From positions 10,574 through 74,573 of the IMG/VR virus record IMGVR_UViG_3300037440_000399: a stretch of 64,000 bases of DNA; one strand, written 5' to 3'. Both the position numbers and the translations under genes were made by a program. Source of the DNA: a virus (Duplodnaviria > Caudoviricetes). Shown in pieces: positions 34,070-44,010 of this stretch; the first letter of the stretch is position 1; each line of letters opens with the position of its first letter. A model generated the notes under the pieces. The model ran no database searches. It had not been told where the DNA came from and was given only the letters and a program-made list of their open reading frames with translations.

Positions 34070-35662
34070 ATGCCCACAATTGCTGACCTCAATCAAAAGC
34101 ACCCGAGCTACGACGCCGAGAGGCAGTGCGAGCTCCGGGCAATCTACGAGGGCGACCAGCTCTTTGAGCAGCGGATCAAAACATTCCTGCTTCAGGAAGA
34201 ACGTGAGCCACCCGAGCGCTACTCGGGGCGCTGCAAGCGAGCGCACTACCGCAACTACGTCGGGCCCATTGTCGATTTCTTTGCCTCGATGCTCTTTGCG
34301 TCGCGGCCAATCGTCAAAGCGCAACGCGAGGGCGAAGACGAGCCGCTGCCTGACCCGGGCGAGTACTACAACGAGTTTCGCGAGGACTGTGACCGCGGCG
34401 GTACGAACATTGACGCCTTTTTCAAGGCGCGCCTCACCGACGCAATGGTGGGCGGCGTAGCATGGCTCCGGCTCTCCCACGCGAACGAAGGCGAACAGCC
34501 CGCAGCGACTAAGGCGGACTTCGAGGCACGCAAGCTCGGGGATAGCTGGCTCGAGACGGTCGACGCGTGCGATGTCTACGATTGGGACACGGATAACGCG
34601 GGGCGTTTGCTCTGGGCCATTGTGCACCGGGTCGAGGCACGACGCGCCAGCCTGAGCGCGAGCCGCAACCAGATCACCGAGACGTGGGATTATCTGCTCC
34701 CGGACCGCATCGAGACCTACTCGATTACGTACGACAAGGACAAGCCGCCGGACGTAAAAGCCGAAGTGCCGCGCGTCGGCGGAGGGCCGCACCGTTACGG
34801 TAGCGTGCCGCTCGTTTGCTTGAGCTTGCCGTCCGCACTGTGGGTTGCCTCGCGATTACGTTCGCCGCAGCTCGCTCATTTTCGCGCATCGAACGCGCAA
34901 TCGCATTCGTTACGGGCCACGGCCTATGCCATGCCGGTCGCGAAGGTCGCAGACCCGGAAGCTTTCGCCAAGGCATTGCACGGCGCCGGTTACGGCATCG
35001 TGATCGGCAAGGACGAAGACTGGGCGTGGGAAGCGCCCCCATCTGGACACTTCGCGGCACTCGACACCGAGATCAAGAGCCACAAGGACGAGATTTTTCG
35101 CATCGCCAATCAGATGGCGCTTGGCGTGGAAAACAACGCCGCGGCCGTCGGGCGCAGTGCCGAGAGCAAGGTAGCCGACGCCGAGCAGACACGGGTCGCA
35201 CTGGTGGCGTTTTCGCGCGCCATCAAAGAGTGCATCGAATACACGCTCGAACTTATCAGCGCGGCGCGCGGCGACCAGTACGATTGGAGCGTAGAGGGTC
35301 TCGACGACTTCGCTGCACTCGATGTGCCGGGGTTGGTTGAGACGCTCGAGAAAATCAAAGCGATGGGCGGCGTGCCCAGTCGCACGTTCAACGTGCAGGT
35401 GAACACGCGCGTTGCAGAGGCCTTGCTCCGAGATGCGAGCGAAGAGGTCAAGGCGACCATTCGCAAAGAAATCGAAGACGGGACGCCGGAGCCGGGCGAA
35501 GAGCTCGAGGCCGAGGTGGAACGTTTGCATGCGCTCGCGAGCGGCTTGAATGGCAATGGCGAAGAGAAGCCGGGAGGAGATCGCAGCGGAGGCGGAGAAA
35601 AACCGCCGCAAGCTTTTGGCCGCCGAGGCCGTCGCCCTGCTGCTCCTCCGCCGTCGTCGTGA
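34070..35662 (+). CDS. Portal protein
   Basis: 530 aa after terL; YRNY..PIVD N-terminal pattern, ESKVAD..Q clip motif. Confidence 0.8.
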   Translation: MPTIADLNQKHPSYDAERQCELRAIYEGDQLFEQRIKTFLLQEEREPPERYSGRCKRAHYRNYVGPIVDFFASMLFASRPIVKAQREGEDEPLPDPGEYYNEFREDCDRGGTNIDAFFKARLTDAMVGGVAWLRLSHANEGEQPAATKADFEARKLGDSWLETVDACDVYDWDTDNAGRLLWAIVHRVEARRASLSASRNQITETWDYLLPDRIETYSITYDKDKPPDVKAEVPRVGGGPHRYGSVPLVCLSLPSALWVASRLRSPQLAHFRASNAQSHSLRATAYAMPVAKVADPEAFAKALHGAGYGIVIGKDEDWAWEAPPSGHFAALDTEIKSHKDEIFRIANQMALGVENNAAAVGRSAESKVADAEQTRVALVAFSRAIKECIEYTLELISAARGDQYDWSVEGLDDFAALDVPGLVETLEKIKAMGGVPSRTFNVQVNTRVAEALLRDASEEVKATIRKEIEDGTPEPGEELEAEVERLHALASGLNGNGEEKPGGDRSGGGEKPPQAFGRRGRRPAAPPPSS

Positions 35663-36239
35663 CAGCGCAATAGGCGCAGGCGGTAGCGCTGACGCGATTG
35701 CATCACGTATCGAAGCCGGCGAGCGGCGCGCCATAGCCGAAGCCCGACAGCTGGCGCGATTGGCTGGCGTCTCAAGGCTCCGCGTCGAAGCTGCCAGCGT
35801 GGGCGTTAGACTGCAAAACGTTGGAGCGGTAGCGCGCGCCGAAGTGGCTCGCGACCTAGCTCGAGCCAAGCAAGCGGCGGGAAGCTTTGTGAGTCGCTGG
35901 CTGCGCAACGCAACGGTAGGCGGCGTCGACGCCGCAACCGCAGCAACACAAGGCAGCCTCCGGCGTATTGCCGTGACCGAGAGCGCAGAAGCCTACGGCA
36001 GCGGGCGCGCAAAGGTCTTGCGGGCGCAGCCACGTATCATTCGACTGCTGCGCGTTTGGGACGCCACGCTGGACAAGCGTACGTGCCCAATCTGTCGCGG
36101 AGCCGATGGCACGATCGTTGGAGCACGCGAGTCATTCCCGGACGGCGAGCCCGGCGCCGTGCATCCCTGGTGCCGCTGCACGTACACGCTCTTGACCGAG
36201 ACCGAAACGAACAACGGACGCCTGATCGAGGCAGCGTAA
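35550..36239 (+). CDS. Minor head morphogenesis protein (Mu gpF/SPP1 gp7-like)
   Basis: WDATLDKRTCPIC...HPWCRC. Confidence 0.85.
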   Translation: MAMAKRSREEIAAEAEKNRRKLLAAEAVALLLLRRRRDSAIGAGGSADAIASRIEAGERRAIAEARQLARLAGVSRLRVEAASVGVRLQNVGAVARAEVARDLARAKQAAGSFVSRWLRNATVGGVDAATAATQGSLRRIAVTESAEAYGSGRAKVLRAQPRIIRLLRVWDATLDKRTCPICRGADGTIVGARESFPDGEPGAVHPWCRCTYTLLTETETNNGRLIEAA

Positions 36240-36244
36240 GCAGA

Positions 36245-36820
36245 ATGTCCAAGCGCACCAAAAGCTACGCCGCAGCGGACCTCGTTGACGTTGACGGCAT
36301 CAAGACGACGTTCAGCGGCGAAACGAGCGATCACACGTACGTACCGGCCGATCTCAATGGCGCGCAGGTGCTCACGGGCGGAGTGCTCGACCTACCACGA
36401 ACGGTGACGATTACGCGCGCCTCGGTAGCAAACGCCTACTCGACGGATCCTATTGTCGTGACCGGTCGCCGAGGCGGCGACACGATCACGGACAGCATCG
36501 CGCAACCTAACGACGACGGTAACGACACGCTTCTCGGCGCGAAGCTCTTCGATGTCATCACATCGATTTTCATCCCGGCGAACGCGCTCGGCACAGCGAG
36601 CTTTCAGATCGGCGTGGGCGACGTCGGTGCGCCGGCGGGGACCCGATTCGCCGGTATCCGAGCGCACGACGCTGGCACAATCAATGTGCGTTTCGGCGAG
36701 GGCACTTCTGGCGCGCCGACTGACGGCGTCCCGTTTGCGGCCGGAGACCTACGCTTCGATCCGGTGCAAGCGAGCCGCGTGCTTCGCACGACCACGATCG
36801 GCGTGACCGTCTACATCTAA
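36245..36820 (+). CDS. Beta-rich virion-associated protein (head module)
   Basis: Position; Thr/Gly-rich beta composition. Confidence 0.55.
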   Translation: MSKRTKSYAAADLVDVDGIKTTFSGETSDHTYVPADLNGAQVLTGGVLDLPRTVTITRASVANAYSTDPIVVTGRRGGDTITDSIAQPNDDGNDTLLGAKLFDVITSIFIPANALGTASFQIGVGDVGAPAGTRFAGIRAHDAGTINVRFGEGTSGAPTDGVPFAAGDLRFDPVQASRVLRTTTIGVTVYI

Positions 36821-36914
36821 CACGTCACTACGACGTGCACGGGATGACAGGCTGCCCGGCAACTAGCCTGCACGAGCGACACGGCTCGTTAAACCAGTGC
36901 ACAGGAGGCATTCC
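36821..36914 (+). promoter_or_regulatory. Structured leader upstream of the scaffold gene
   Basis: Three hairpins, a TTAAA motif and SD aggagg. Confidence 0.5.
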
Positions 36915-37661
36915 ATGCCGCCCGAGCCCGACAAGAAAAAGCCAGACGACAACGCAGACGACAACGCTCCGAAATTCATCACCGAGGAGCAGTTCGGAGA
37001 GCTTTTCAATCGCGCTTTCACGAGCCAGTGGAAGAAGTACGAAAAGCAACTGCAGTCAGGCCAAGAGAAGTTTCAAGGTGACCTGCTCACGAAGCTCGAT
37101 GAGCGGTTCGCACAATTGAAGCCTCCGCCGTCACCGTCGGACGACAAGCAGACCGCCAAAGATCCCGAGGTCAAGAAGCAACTCGAGGACATGGCAGCGA
37201 AGCTTGAGGCGAGCGAGAAACGTTTCGCCGAGTCCGAGCGTGCGCGCGCCGAAATAGAGCGGCAGCGGCTGTTCGAGAACGCGAAGACCACGCTAACGGG
37301 CGCACTCAAAGAGAAGGCGCACCCCGACTATCTCGACGATTGGGTGCGCGCCGTGGAGCCGCGCCTGCAGCTGACCAACGACGGTAGCGCCACACTGAAG
37401 ATCAAGCATTCGCCGTACAAGGGCTCGCCCGAGGTCGAAGAGGATCTCCCGTTGGACCAAGCGGTCCCGAAACTGCTTGAGCGACCCGAGTTCAAAAAGT
37501 ACCAGGCCCCGCCCGCTCCGCCGGAAGGCAAGGGCGGACGCGCGCCACGAAGCGGACCCGGCAACGGGACGCCGCGCACCAATTCGGACAACCCAATCGA
37601 TCGCGTCGCTGCACGACTCGGCGAGCTCGGCATGAGTTTCGACGAAGAGTTCGGCGGCTGA
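36915..37661 (+). CDS. Capsid scaffolding protein
   Basis: Acidic/helical coiled coil, Gly/Pro-rich C-terminal linker, directly before the capsid gene. Confidence 0.75.
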   Translation: MPPEPDKKKPDDNADDNAPKFITEEQFGELFNRAFTSQWKKYEKQLQSGQEKFQGDLLTKLDERFAQLKPPPSPSDDKQTAKDPEVKKQLEDMAAKLEASEKRFAESERARAEIERQRLFENAKTTLTGALKEKAHPDYLDDWVRAVEPRLQLTNDGSATLKIKHSPYKGSPEVEEDLPLDQAVPKLLERPEFKKYQAPPAPPEGKGGRAPRSGPGNGTPRTNSDNPIDRVAARLGELGMSFDEEFGG

Positions 37662-37708
37662 CAGAAGCCCGACATGTGCGGGCAAGCCAAAAAAGGAAGC
37701 AATAGCCC

Positions 37709-38767
37709 ATGGCAACCCGTACCCTTGCCCTGACCATCCTCGCCCAGGAATACGCCAACGCGATCGTTTCGCAGATCAACCGCACGGCGATCGCTGTGCG
37801 CATCCTGCCGATGGTCGTAGGAGGCGGCAGCAACGTCGCGTGGGTCCCGAAGGGAACCGGCGCGGCGGCGGCAGCCATGGCCGAAGGCGCAGCGGCCGGC
37901 ACGCCGTCCAACGACGTGCAGAAGGCGGCTGTGTTGCAGTGGGCGTACTACAAGAGCGACGGTGGCGCGACCGGTCCGGCGCAGGCCGCTGCGGCAACAG
38001 CATCGTCGCCGCGCGGTAACGCTACGCTGCTCGCAAATGACATCGTGGACAGCTTGGCGGCAATGGCGAGCCAGATCAACGTGCACACGTACTCTGGCGA
38101 CGGGGCCGCTTCCCCGAAACAGGTCACTGGGCTCGATCAGGCAATCGGTGACACGACCAACACGTACGCGACGATCGACCGGACGGTCGACACGTGGTTT
38201 CAGCCCAGCGTGTTCAACCCGGGCGTCGCAACGCCGATCACGCAAGCGCAACTCCGCAAGGACATCAGCACGATCAAACGCCTCTGTGGCGAATCACCCA
38301 CGGTGGGACTCTGTCACCCGGACGTGTTCACGTCGATCGCCAACACGTTCGACGCCACCCGGCGTTACACCCAAACGACCGAATTCAACGTTGACCGTCG
38401 CGGCATGATCAAGCTCGACGCCAGCGTGGACGCGGTAACGATCGGCGGCTGCACCTTCGTCGAGGACAAGGACGCAACGCTCGAGTCTGGCGGCGCGAGC
38501 GGGCGAATCTACTACGTCAACCCGAAGTACGTGGAATACGTCATCCAGCCGCAACCCGAGATTGCGGCGCTGCTGCGTTCGATGGGCATCGTGCCGGGCA
38601 TGGTGCTACGGGCCAATGACGGATTCGGCGAAGTGCCGCTGCTCGCCGCCGTCGTCGCAATGGCGAAGGTGGGCGACGCGGACACCTACATGGCGAAGAC
38701 CTACCTTGAGCTCCGTGTACGCAAGCCCAGCGCGTGCGGCGTCCGACGCTTCGCCCAGATCGACTGA
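37709..38767 (+). CDS. Major capsid protein
   Basis: 352 aa after the scaffold gene; HK97-like layout. Confidence 0.8.
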   Translation: MATRTLALTILAQEYANAIVSQINRTAIAVRILPMVVGGGSNVAWVPKGTGAAAAAMAEGAAAGTPSNDVQKAAVLQWAYYKSDGGATGPAQAAAATASSPRGNATLLANDIVDSLAAMASQINVHTYSGDGAASPKQVTGLDQAIGDTTNTYATIDRTVDTWFQPSVFNPGVATPITQAQLRKDISTIKRLCGESPTVGLCHPDVFTSIANTFDATRRYTQTTEFNVDRRGMIKLDASVDAVTIGGCTFVEDKDATLESGGASGRIYYVNPKYVEYVIQPQPEIAALLRSMGIVPGMVLRANDGFGEVPLLAAVVAMAKVGDADTYMAKTYLELRVRKPSACGVRRFAQID

Positions 38768-38773
38768 TAGCCC

Positions 38774-39265
38774 ATGCTGCTGCACAACCAAACAAACCGG
38801 CCGCTCCGTTGGGAAGCGAACGGTATCGGATACGAGTGGGAGCCCTACGGATCGTGTGAGGTGCCGGACATCTGGCTGCCGCACATTCGCTCCCAGGGCG
38901 TCCGTGTCGACGTGTCCGCTGTTGCGCCGCAGAAGAAAGCAGAGATTGCGGCCCAAGTCGAACGCGAAGCCCAAGCGTCTTCCGAGCTCGTCCATGCGCA
39001 GCAGCGTTTAGCGGAAGCCGAGGGGCGCGCGGCGCAGGCCGCCAAAGCGGCCGAAATCTCGTCGACACGCGAAACCAAAGCGCTGGAACTTCTCGAGAAT
39101 GCGGAAGCCAAGATCAGGACGCAGCACAAGCAGATCGAGGCCCTAAAAGCCGACGCGGCGGAGTACGAGAAGCTCTTAACTGAAGCCAATGCGCGCATCG
39201 AATCGCTTGAGCGCAAGCACGCGCCAGCGAAGCCAGCAGACAAGAAGCATCACCCGACGGGGTAA
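38774..39265 (+). CDS. Capsid-associated coiled-coil protein
   Basis: Position after MCP. Confidence 0.5.
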   Translation: MLLHNQTNRPLRWEANGIGYEWEPYGSCEVPDIWLPHIRSQGVRVDVSAVAPQKKAEIAAQVEREAQASSELVHAQQRLAEAEGRAAQAAKAAEISSTRETKALELLENAEAKIRTQHKQIEALKADAAEYEKLLTEANARIESLERKHAPAKPADKKHHPTG

Positions 39266-39271
39266 CGCGCT

Positions 39272-39688
39272 ATGGCTTTTACGGCCGCGCAGAAGCAGCA
39301 AATCAGGAATTACCTCGGAGCGCCGGCGGTCTATCCGGATCTACAGCATCGACTCGAGGGAGCTCTTGACACGGTCGGCGGGAACGCAGAAGCGGTCACG
39401 CACGTTACAGCGTGGCTCACCGAGTTGACATCCATCGACACCAATCTGGTAGTTACCGTTGGCGGGGGAGCGTCCGCATCGTACGGCGCTCTAAAGAAGG
39501 TCGACGAGATCGAGTTCTATGCTCCCGAAGATAGCGGGGGCTCATCCGAAAGCACAGTCGGAGCGCTGGCCCGTGGGCGGATGCTGATTCAACGGATCGC
39601 TCGCATCTTGGGCGTCTCGGATGTGATGCCGGTCGGCGATTACTTCGGCTCACGATCCACTGATTCGTCCGCCCTCATGTTGGGCTGA
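39272..39688 (+). CDS. Head-tail adaptor
   Basis: FTAAQKQQIRNYLG N-terminus; position. Confidence 0.6.
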   Translation: MAFTAAQKQQIRNYLGAPAVYPDLQHRLEGALDTVGGNAEAVTHVTAWLTELTSIDTNLVVTVGGGASASYGALKKVDEIEFYAPEDSGGSSESTVGALARGRMLIQRIARILGVSDVMPVGDYFGSRSTDSSALMLG

Positions 39689-39706
39689 CAAGGAAACCGG
39701 AATCCC

Positions 39707-40240
39707 ATGGCTTTTCGCACACGCAAAGTCCCCGACGCAATTATGTACGCTCTCGTGGCCGCGCACAACGCGCGACAAGAAGCAGCGGTCACGAACCAGT
39801 TTCACGCGGACATCACACAGAAAACCAGCGGCTACTTCGCGTCCCCGACGGTCGCATCCGATACGGTCACCGCCGCGACGGCTACGGATCTTGCGACGTC
39901 GTTGGTGCTCGTGAACCAAATCAAAGCAGTCCTGGATCGACACTTCGTCGATACCTTGGCGCACGATACGGCCGTCAGCGCCACGATCACGATTGCCGAT
40001 GCCACGGACCTGGCGACCGCGATTACCCTCGCAAACAATCTCAAAGACATGTATACGACGGGCGGGCACGTAGACGCGAGCAACGTGCACTTCAATGATG
40101 ACAGCACGAACGTCGTCACGAATGCCGACGCGACCGATCAGACGACACTGAACACGCTGGTCAACGAAATCAAGGGCGACGTCAACGCGCACATTACGAG
40201 CGCACCGATCGGATCGATGGTCCAACTCGTACCAGCGTGA
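39707..40240 (+). CDS. Virion protein with His-containing helical repeats
   Basis: Repeated N..K...N/xH...H...D..N units. Confidence 0.55.
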   Translation: MAFRTRKVPDAIMYALVAAHNARQEAAVTNQFHADITQKTSGYFASPTVASDTVTAATATDLATSLVLVNQIKAVLDRHFVDTLAHDTAVSATITIADATDLATAITLANNLKDMYTTGGHVDASNVHFNDDSTNVVTNADATDQTTLNTLVNEIKGDVNAHITSAPIGSMVQLVPA

Positions 40241-40857
40241 GCGAGCCAACACTATTCGTCGCAACGCCTCTGCATTCCGGCTGGCTGCATTACGCCTACG
40301 TAGCCGGCGCGCTGCAGGCGATGACGGCCTTCGCTGGACGCATCGCGTTTCAGGTTCAGACCGGATCGTTTCTGCCCATCAATCGCGACGTGCTGACCGC
40401 GCGGTTCCTTGAATCCGCCGCGACGCACATGCTGTGCATCGACAGCGACATCGGATGGACGCCAGCCGATGCGCAAGCATTGCTTGCAACCAGAAAAGAC
40501 TTCATCAGCGGCTGCTACCCGAAAAAACAACCCAATCCCACAGTGCCGGCAAAGCTCACTGGGCATCGCCAGGGTGACATTTGGGAAGCGGAGTATGTGC
40601 CGGGAGGGTTTCTCCTGCTCTCGCGCGCCTGCGTCGAGCGCATGGTTGGAGCCTACCGAGCGCTCGAATATAAACGGGACGGCATGAAGCTCTGGGCGCT
40701 GTGGTCCTCGTTGTTCATCGACGGTGAGACCTACGCAGGCGAAGACGTTGCATTCTGCAATCGCTGGCGCGCTCTTGGCGGTCAGGTCTGGCTCCACCAG
40801 GGCGTTGCGCTGAAACACTACGGCGAAACTTGTTTCGAGATTCCCGGGAGCAAATGA
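40237..40857 (+). CDS. GT-A fold glycosyltransferase-like protein
   Basis: LFVATP, NRDVLTARFL, CIDSDIGW (DxD), GGFLLLSR and GEDVAFC. Confidence 0.85.
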   Translation: MSEPTLFVATPLHSGWLHYAYVAGALQAMTAFAGRIAFQVQTGSFLPINRDVLTARFLESAATHMLCIDSDIGWTPADAQALLATRKDFISGCYPKKQPNPTVPAKLTGHRQGDIWEAEYVPGGFLLLSRACVERMVGAYRALEYKRDGMKLWALWSSLFIDGETYAGEDVAFCNRWRALGGQVWLHQGVALKHYGETCFEIPGSK

Positions 40858-40985
40858 TGCCGTTCAAGTCGCAAGCGCAGCGCGCATACCTGTACGCAAA
40901 CGAGCCGAAGGTCGCGGCGAAGTTTGCCAGCGAAACGCCCAAGGGCGCGAAGCTCCCCAAACGCAAGCGCAAAAAGAGCAAGTGA
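40854..40985 (+). CDS. Conserved small basic phage protein (43 aa, not in ORF track)
   Basis: MPFKSQAQRAYLYANEPKVAAKFASETPKGAKLP; coupled on both sides. Confidence 0.65.
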   Translation: MMPFKSQAQRAYLYANEPKVAAKFASETPKGAKLPKRKRKKSK

Positions 40986-41521
40986 GGCGCGAGCTCCTGA
41001 TCGGCTGCGGCTCGCGCCGCAAAAAGCTCCTGAGTCGCAACGGCTACGAACAATTCGGCGCCCTCACCACGCTGGACGTCAACGCCGCACACAACCCAGA
41101 TATCGAATGGGATCTCGAGCGCCTGCCGCTGCCATTCGACGCTGACTCATTCGACGAAATCCACGCCTACGAAGTCCTCGAGCACACGGGGCGACAGGGC
41201 GACTACAAGTTCTTCCTGGCGCAGTTCGCTGAGTTCTGGCGGATCCTGCGACACGACGGAGACCTGTTTGCGACATGCCCCTCAGTGCAGTCGCCTTGGG
41301 CTTGGGGCGACCCGGGGCACACACGAATCGTGGCGCCCCAATCGCTCGTGTTCCTTTCTCAGGTAGAGTACGCGCGCCAGGTCGGCGTCACGCCGATGAG
41401 CGATTACCGCTCCGTGTACCGCGCCGACTTCGACATCACTTTCTCAAAGGACGACGGGCAAACGTTCTCGTTCGCGCTCCGCGCCGTGAAGCCATCACGC
41501 GGCGCACACGCGCAGGCGTGA
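40982..41521 (+). CDS. Class I SAM-dependent methyltransferase (Methyltransf_11-like)
   Basis: LLIGCG, TLD, DLERLPLPF..DSFDEIHAYEVLEH. Confidence 0.85.
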   Translation: MRRELLIGCGSRRKKLLSRNGYEQFGALTTLDVNAAHNPDIEWDLERLPLPFDADSFDEIHAYEVLEHTGRQGDYKFFLAQFAEFWRILRHDGDLFATCPSVQSPWAWGDPGHTRIVAPQSLVFLSQVEYARQVGVTPMSDYRSVYRADFDITFSKDDGQTFSFALRAVKPSRGAHAQA

Positions 41522-41548
41522 ACCGTTACCAGATGCTAAGATCCGCCC

Positions 41549-42328
41549 ATGGAATCGCGTCGATGCGGCAAGTGCAAATTGGTTATACCGATTGAGCGAT
41601 TTGCAAAGAAACGCAAGAGCGGACATCAGTCGTATTGTCGCGACTGCGCACGAGTTGAAAGTCGTAACTATTCGCGCAGGCTCAGTGCTCGGGACGCGAT
41701 ACCCAGAGCCGAATTCAAAGCTTGCTCGACATGCAAGCGAGTGCTGCCGGCCGCCGCATTCACGCTTTGTCGCAACAGACACGACGGGCTATCGCCGTTC
41801 TGTCGGGACTGCTATCGGGCGATCAGTCGAGGAGCTCGCGAGCGTCGCCTCAAAAGGACCCCTTCACCTGTAGTCGAAAAGTATTGCCACGGCTGCCGCC
41901 TGACGCTGACGCTTTCGAGATTCTCGGTCGACCTTTACGATCCAACCGGTCTCCGGGGGCTCTGCCGCATGTGCAACGCAAAACGTACCGCTGACTTCAG
42001 TAGGACCGAACGGGGCAAAGCACTATACAAGCAGCGGCGTCACGCGAGACGCGCGAAGATGTCCGTTTCAGACACGGACATCTCACCGAAAACCTGGCAA
42101 GCAGTAGTCGAGAGCTTCGGAGGCCGCTGCGCATATTGCCTGTGCCATGGGGCGCCGCTCGCAATCGATCACGTGGAGCCCATAGCCAACGGCGGGCGTC
42201 ATGTCCTTGACAACATCGTTCCGGCCTGTGAGAGCTGCAACTCCAGCAAGGGGCGCCACGGTCTGCTGCAGATCTTGCTCCACCGTGGTCTTCTCGTGAC
42301 GCGCGGCATGCTCGCGCCCGTGTTCTGA
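41549..42328 (+). CDS. Free-standing HNH endonuclease with N-terminal Cys repeats
   Basis: Three CxxC...CxxC modules; CAYC...IDHVEPIANGG...N...AC..CNSSK. Confidence 0.9.
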   Translation: MESRRCGKCKLVIPIERFAKKRKSGHQSYCRDCARVESRNYSRRLSARDAIPRAEFKACSTCKRVLPAAAFTLCRNRHDGLSPFCRDCYRAISRGARERRLKRTPSPVVEKYCHGCRLTLTLSRFSVDLYDPTGLRGLCRMCNAKRTADFSRTERGKALYKQRRHARRAKMSVSDTDISPKTWQAVVESFGGRCAYCLCHGAPLAIDHVEPIANGGRHVLDNIVPACESCNSSKGRHGLLQILLHRGLLVTRGMLAPVF

Positions 42329-42331
42329 ACA

Positions 42332-42784
42332 ATGGCCCTGAGTGACGACCTGAAACCGCTCGCGCATAGCATCCGCGCGATCCCTGGTCAGCTCGGCATC
42401 CGCCCCTACGCCGTCTCGACCATCCACCGCACCTGGTCCGGCGGCAACACCGGCAACGGCACACCGACAGACACCGAAACGCCGATCACCGAAGCCGACA
42501 GCCAGCCGCCCCGCGTGCGCGCTCTCAGCGGCGAAGAGAAGGCGCTGATGGACATCAGCGGCACGGCCTGGGAGATCGGTCCCATTACGCCCGACTTCCC
42601 CGGTGGTGGCACGGCAATCGGCGTGCTGAAGCCGACCGACCTATTCCAGGGCGACGAGTTCTTTATCCGCCTCGTAGGTCCCGAATACCCGACCGGCGCT
42701 CTCATGCGCATTGTCGACATCAAAACGGATAGGGCGCTCAACTATCGCGTGACCGTCAAGCCCGTCGAAGAGCAGAAATTGTAG
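42332..42784 (+). CDS. Head closure/stopper protein
   Basis: Size and position in the neck module. Confidence 0.55.
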   Translation: MALSDDLKPLAHSIRAIPGQLGIRPYAVSTIHRTWSGGNTGNGTPTDTETPITEADSQPPRVRALSGEEKALMDISGTAWEIGPITPDFPGGGTAIGVLKPTDLFQGDEFFIRLVGPEYPTGALMRIVDIKTDRALNYRVTVKPVEEQKL

Positions 42785-42791
42785 GGCGCGC

Positions 42792-43538
42792 ATGGCCGGA
42801 GAGCTCTCCCTAGCCGAGGCTGTCGGCAAGCCGGCACTGCCGCTCGCGGCGTCCACGGAAGGCACGCTCGTTTCGCTCGACCCCGGGCGCGACATCCTGC
42901 TTGACCTGCTGGCTGCGGCACTCAACTACGAGCTTGCGCCGGTTTGGGAATCGGCGACAGCGGCTACAAATCTCGCTGGGACGACACCGGTACAGGACAA
43001 GGTCCCGTTTGCGCTGACCGAGCAGGTCATGACGTCGACGGCGCGCAAGTTCCCTGTGCTGTCCGTGACGCGCGCGGAAGACGAAGACTCAGCCCTCGAC
43101 GAGTTCACGCTCTGGCAGTGGCGCCTTACGCAACAGTGGGACGTGGAGTACGTCCTCGGTCCGCTGACGGCTGGCAATGAGCGGCGCCTGAAAGACGTCC
43201 TGGCATTCGCTGCCAAGGTTGTGTTGCTCACGATTCGGCAGGGCCGACACATGAACCACGAGAGCGGCGCGCCCGTGCTCGGCCCGTCCGGCAGCGCGAC
43301 GACAGCCACGGCCGGCTTTTCGAGCGTGCGCATCGTGCGCTACCGAGCGGGCACGGCGAGCTTCGCCGACAACAGTCCGCAGTATCACGGCATGCGCATC
43401 CGGCTCGAGACCACCGAGCTCACCGCGTTCGCCGAAGCGCCCAACGACCTCGACGGCGCATCGTTCCTGCTCAACCCGGACATCGACGAAGACGAAGACC
43501 CGGAGCTCTACCGGGCCGAGACGGAGTTTCCTCCATAA
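42792..43538 (+). CDS. Tail completion/terminator-like protein
   Basis: Position; FPVLSV motif. Confidence 0.5.
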   Translation: MAGELSLAEAVGKPALPLAASTEGTLVSLDPGRDILLDLLAAALNYELAPVWESATAATNLAGTTPVQDKVPFALTEQVMTSTARKFPVLSVTRAEDEDSALDEFTLWQWRLTQQWDVEYVLGPLTAGNERRLKDVLAFAAKVVLLTIRQGRHMNHESGAPVLGPSGSATTATAGFSSVRIVRYRAGTASFADNSPQYHGMRIRLETTELTAFAEAPNDLDGASFLLNPDIDEDEDPELYRAETEFPP

Positions 43539-43987
43539 TGCTCGTCAACCTCGACGAAGTCATCCGCGGCCACCGCCACTTCCTGGCGCGAAACGAGCGC
43601 GCCATAGACCAAGCGCTTACAACAGCGGGGCGCCACGGCGTCGACCACGTCCAGAAGAATCCGAAGTTTCAGCGGCGCACCGGCAAGCTCCAAGACAAGA
43701 CGACCGCGAGCCGCATCATCCGCACGAGCGGCGGCAAGCTCATTCGGCTAATGAACCCGCTGCCGTATGCGGCGGCCATCGACACGGGCTCCAAGGCTCA
43801 CAACATCAAGCCACGGCGGCGCAAGTTTCTGAGGTTCACGGTGCGCGGCAAGCTCGTGTTTGCGCGCAGCGTCCGCCACCCGGGCACCAAGCCCTACAAA
43901 TTCCTCTGGCGCGCAACGCATAGCGCCCATCGCGTGATGGGTGAGGACTTGCGGCGCCAAATGACAGACATCGCGAAGCGTTTCTGA
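43538..43987 (+). CDS. HK97 gp10-like neck/tail component
   Basis: RRTGKLQ...YAAAIDTGSKAH...HPGTKPYKFL. Confidence 0.75.
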   Translation: MLVNLDEVIRGHRHFLARNERAIDQALTTAGRHGVDHVQKNPKFQRRTGKLQDKTTASRIIRTSGGKLIRLMNPLPYAAAIDTGSKAHNIKPRRRKFLRFTVRGKLVFARSVRHPGTKPYKFLWRATHSAHRVMGEDLRRQMTDIAKRF

Positions 43988-44010
43988 CGCTCGCAAAAGG
44001 CAGGGACAAC

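Noticed and set aside
35550-35662. Portal / gpF overlap as a novel overlapping-gene system
   Set aside because: Involves only the low-complexity portal tail; common in phage head modules
41549-42328. Intron- or intein-associated HNH
   Set aside because: Flanking genes are intact and no splicing elements are visible; it is an ordinary free-standing HNH
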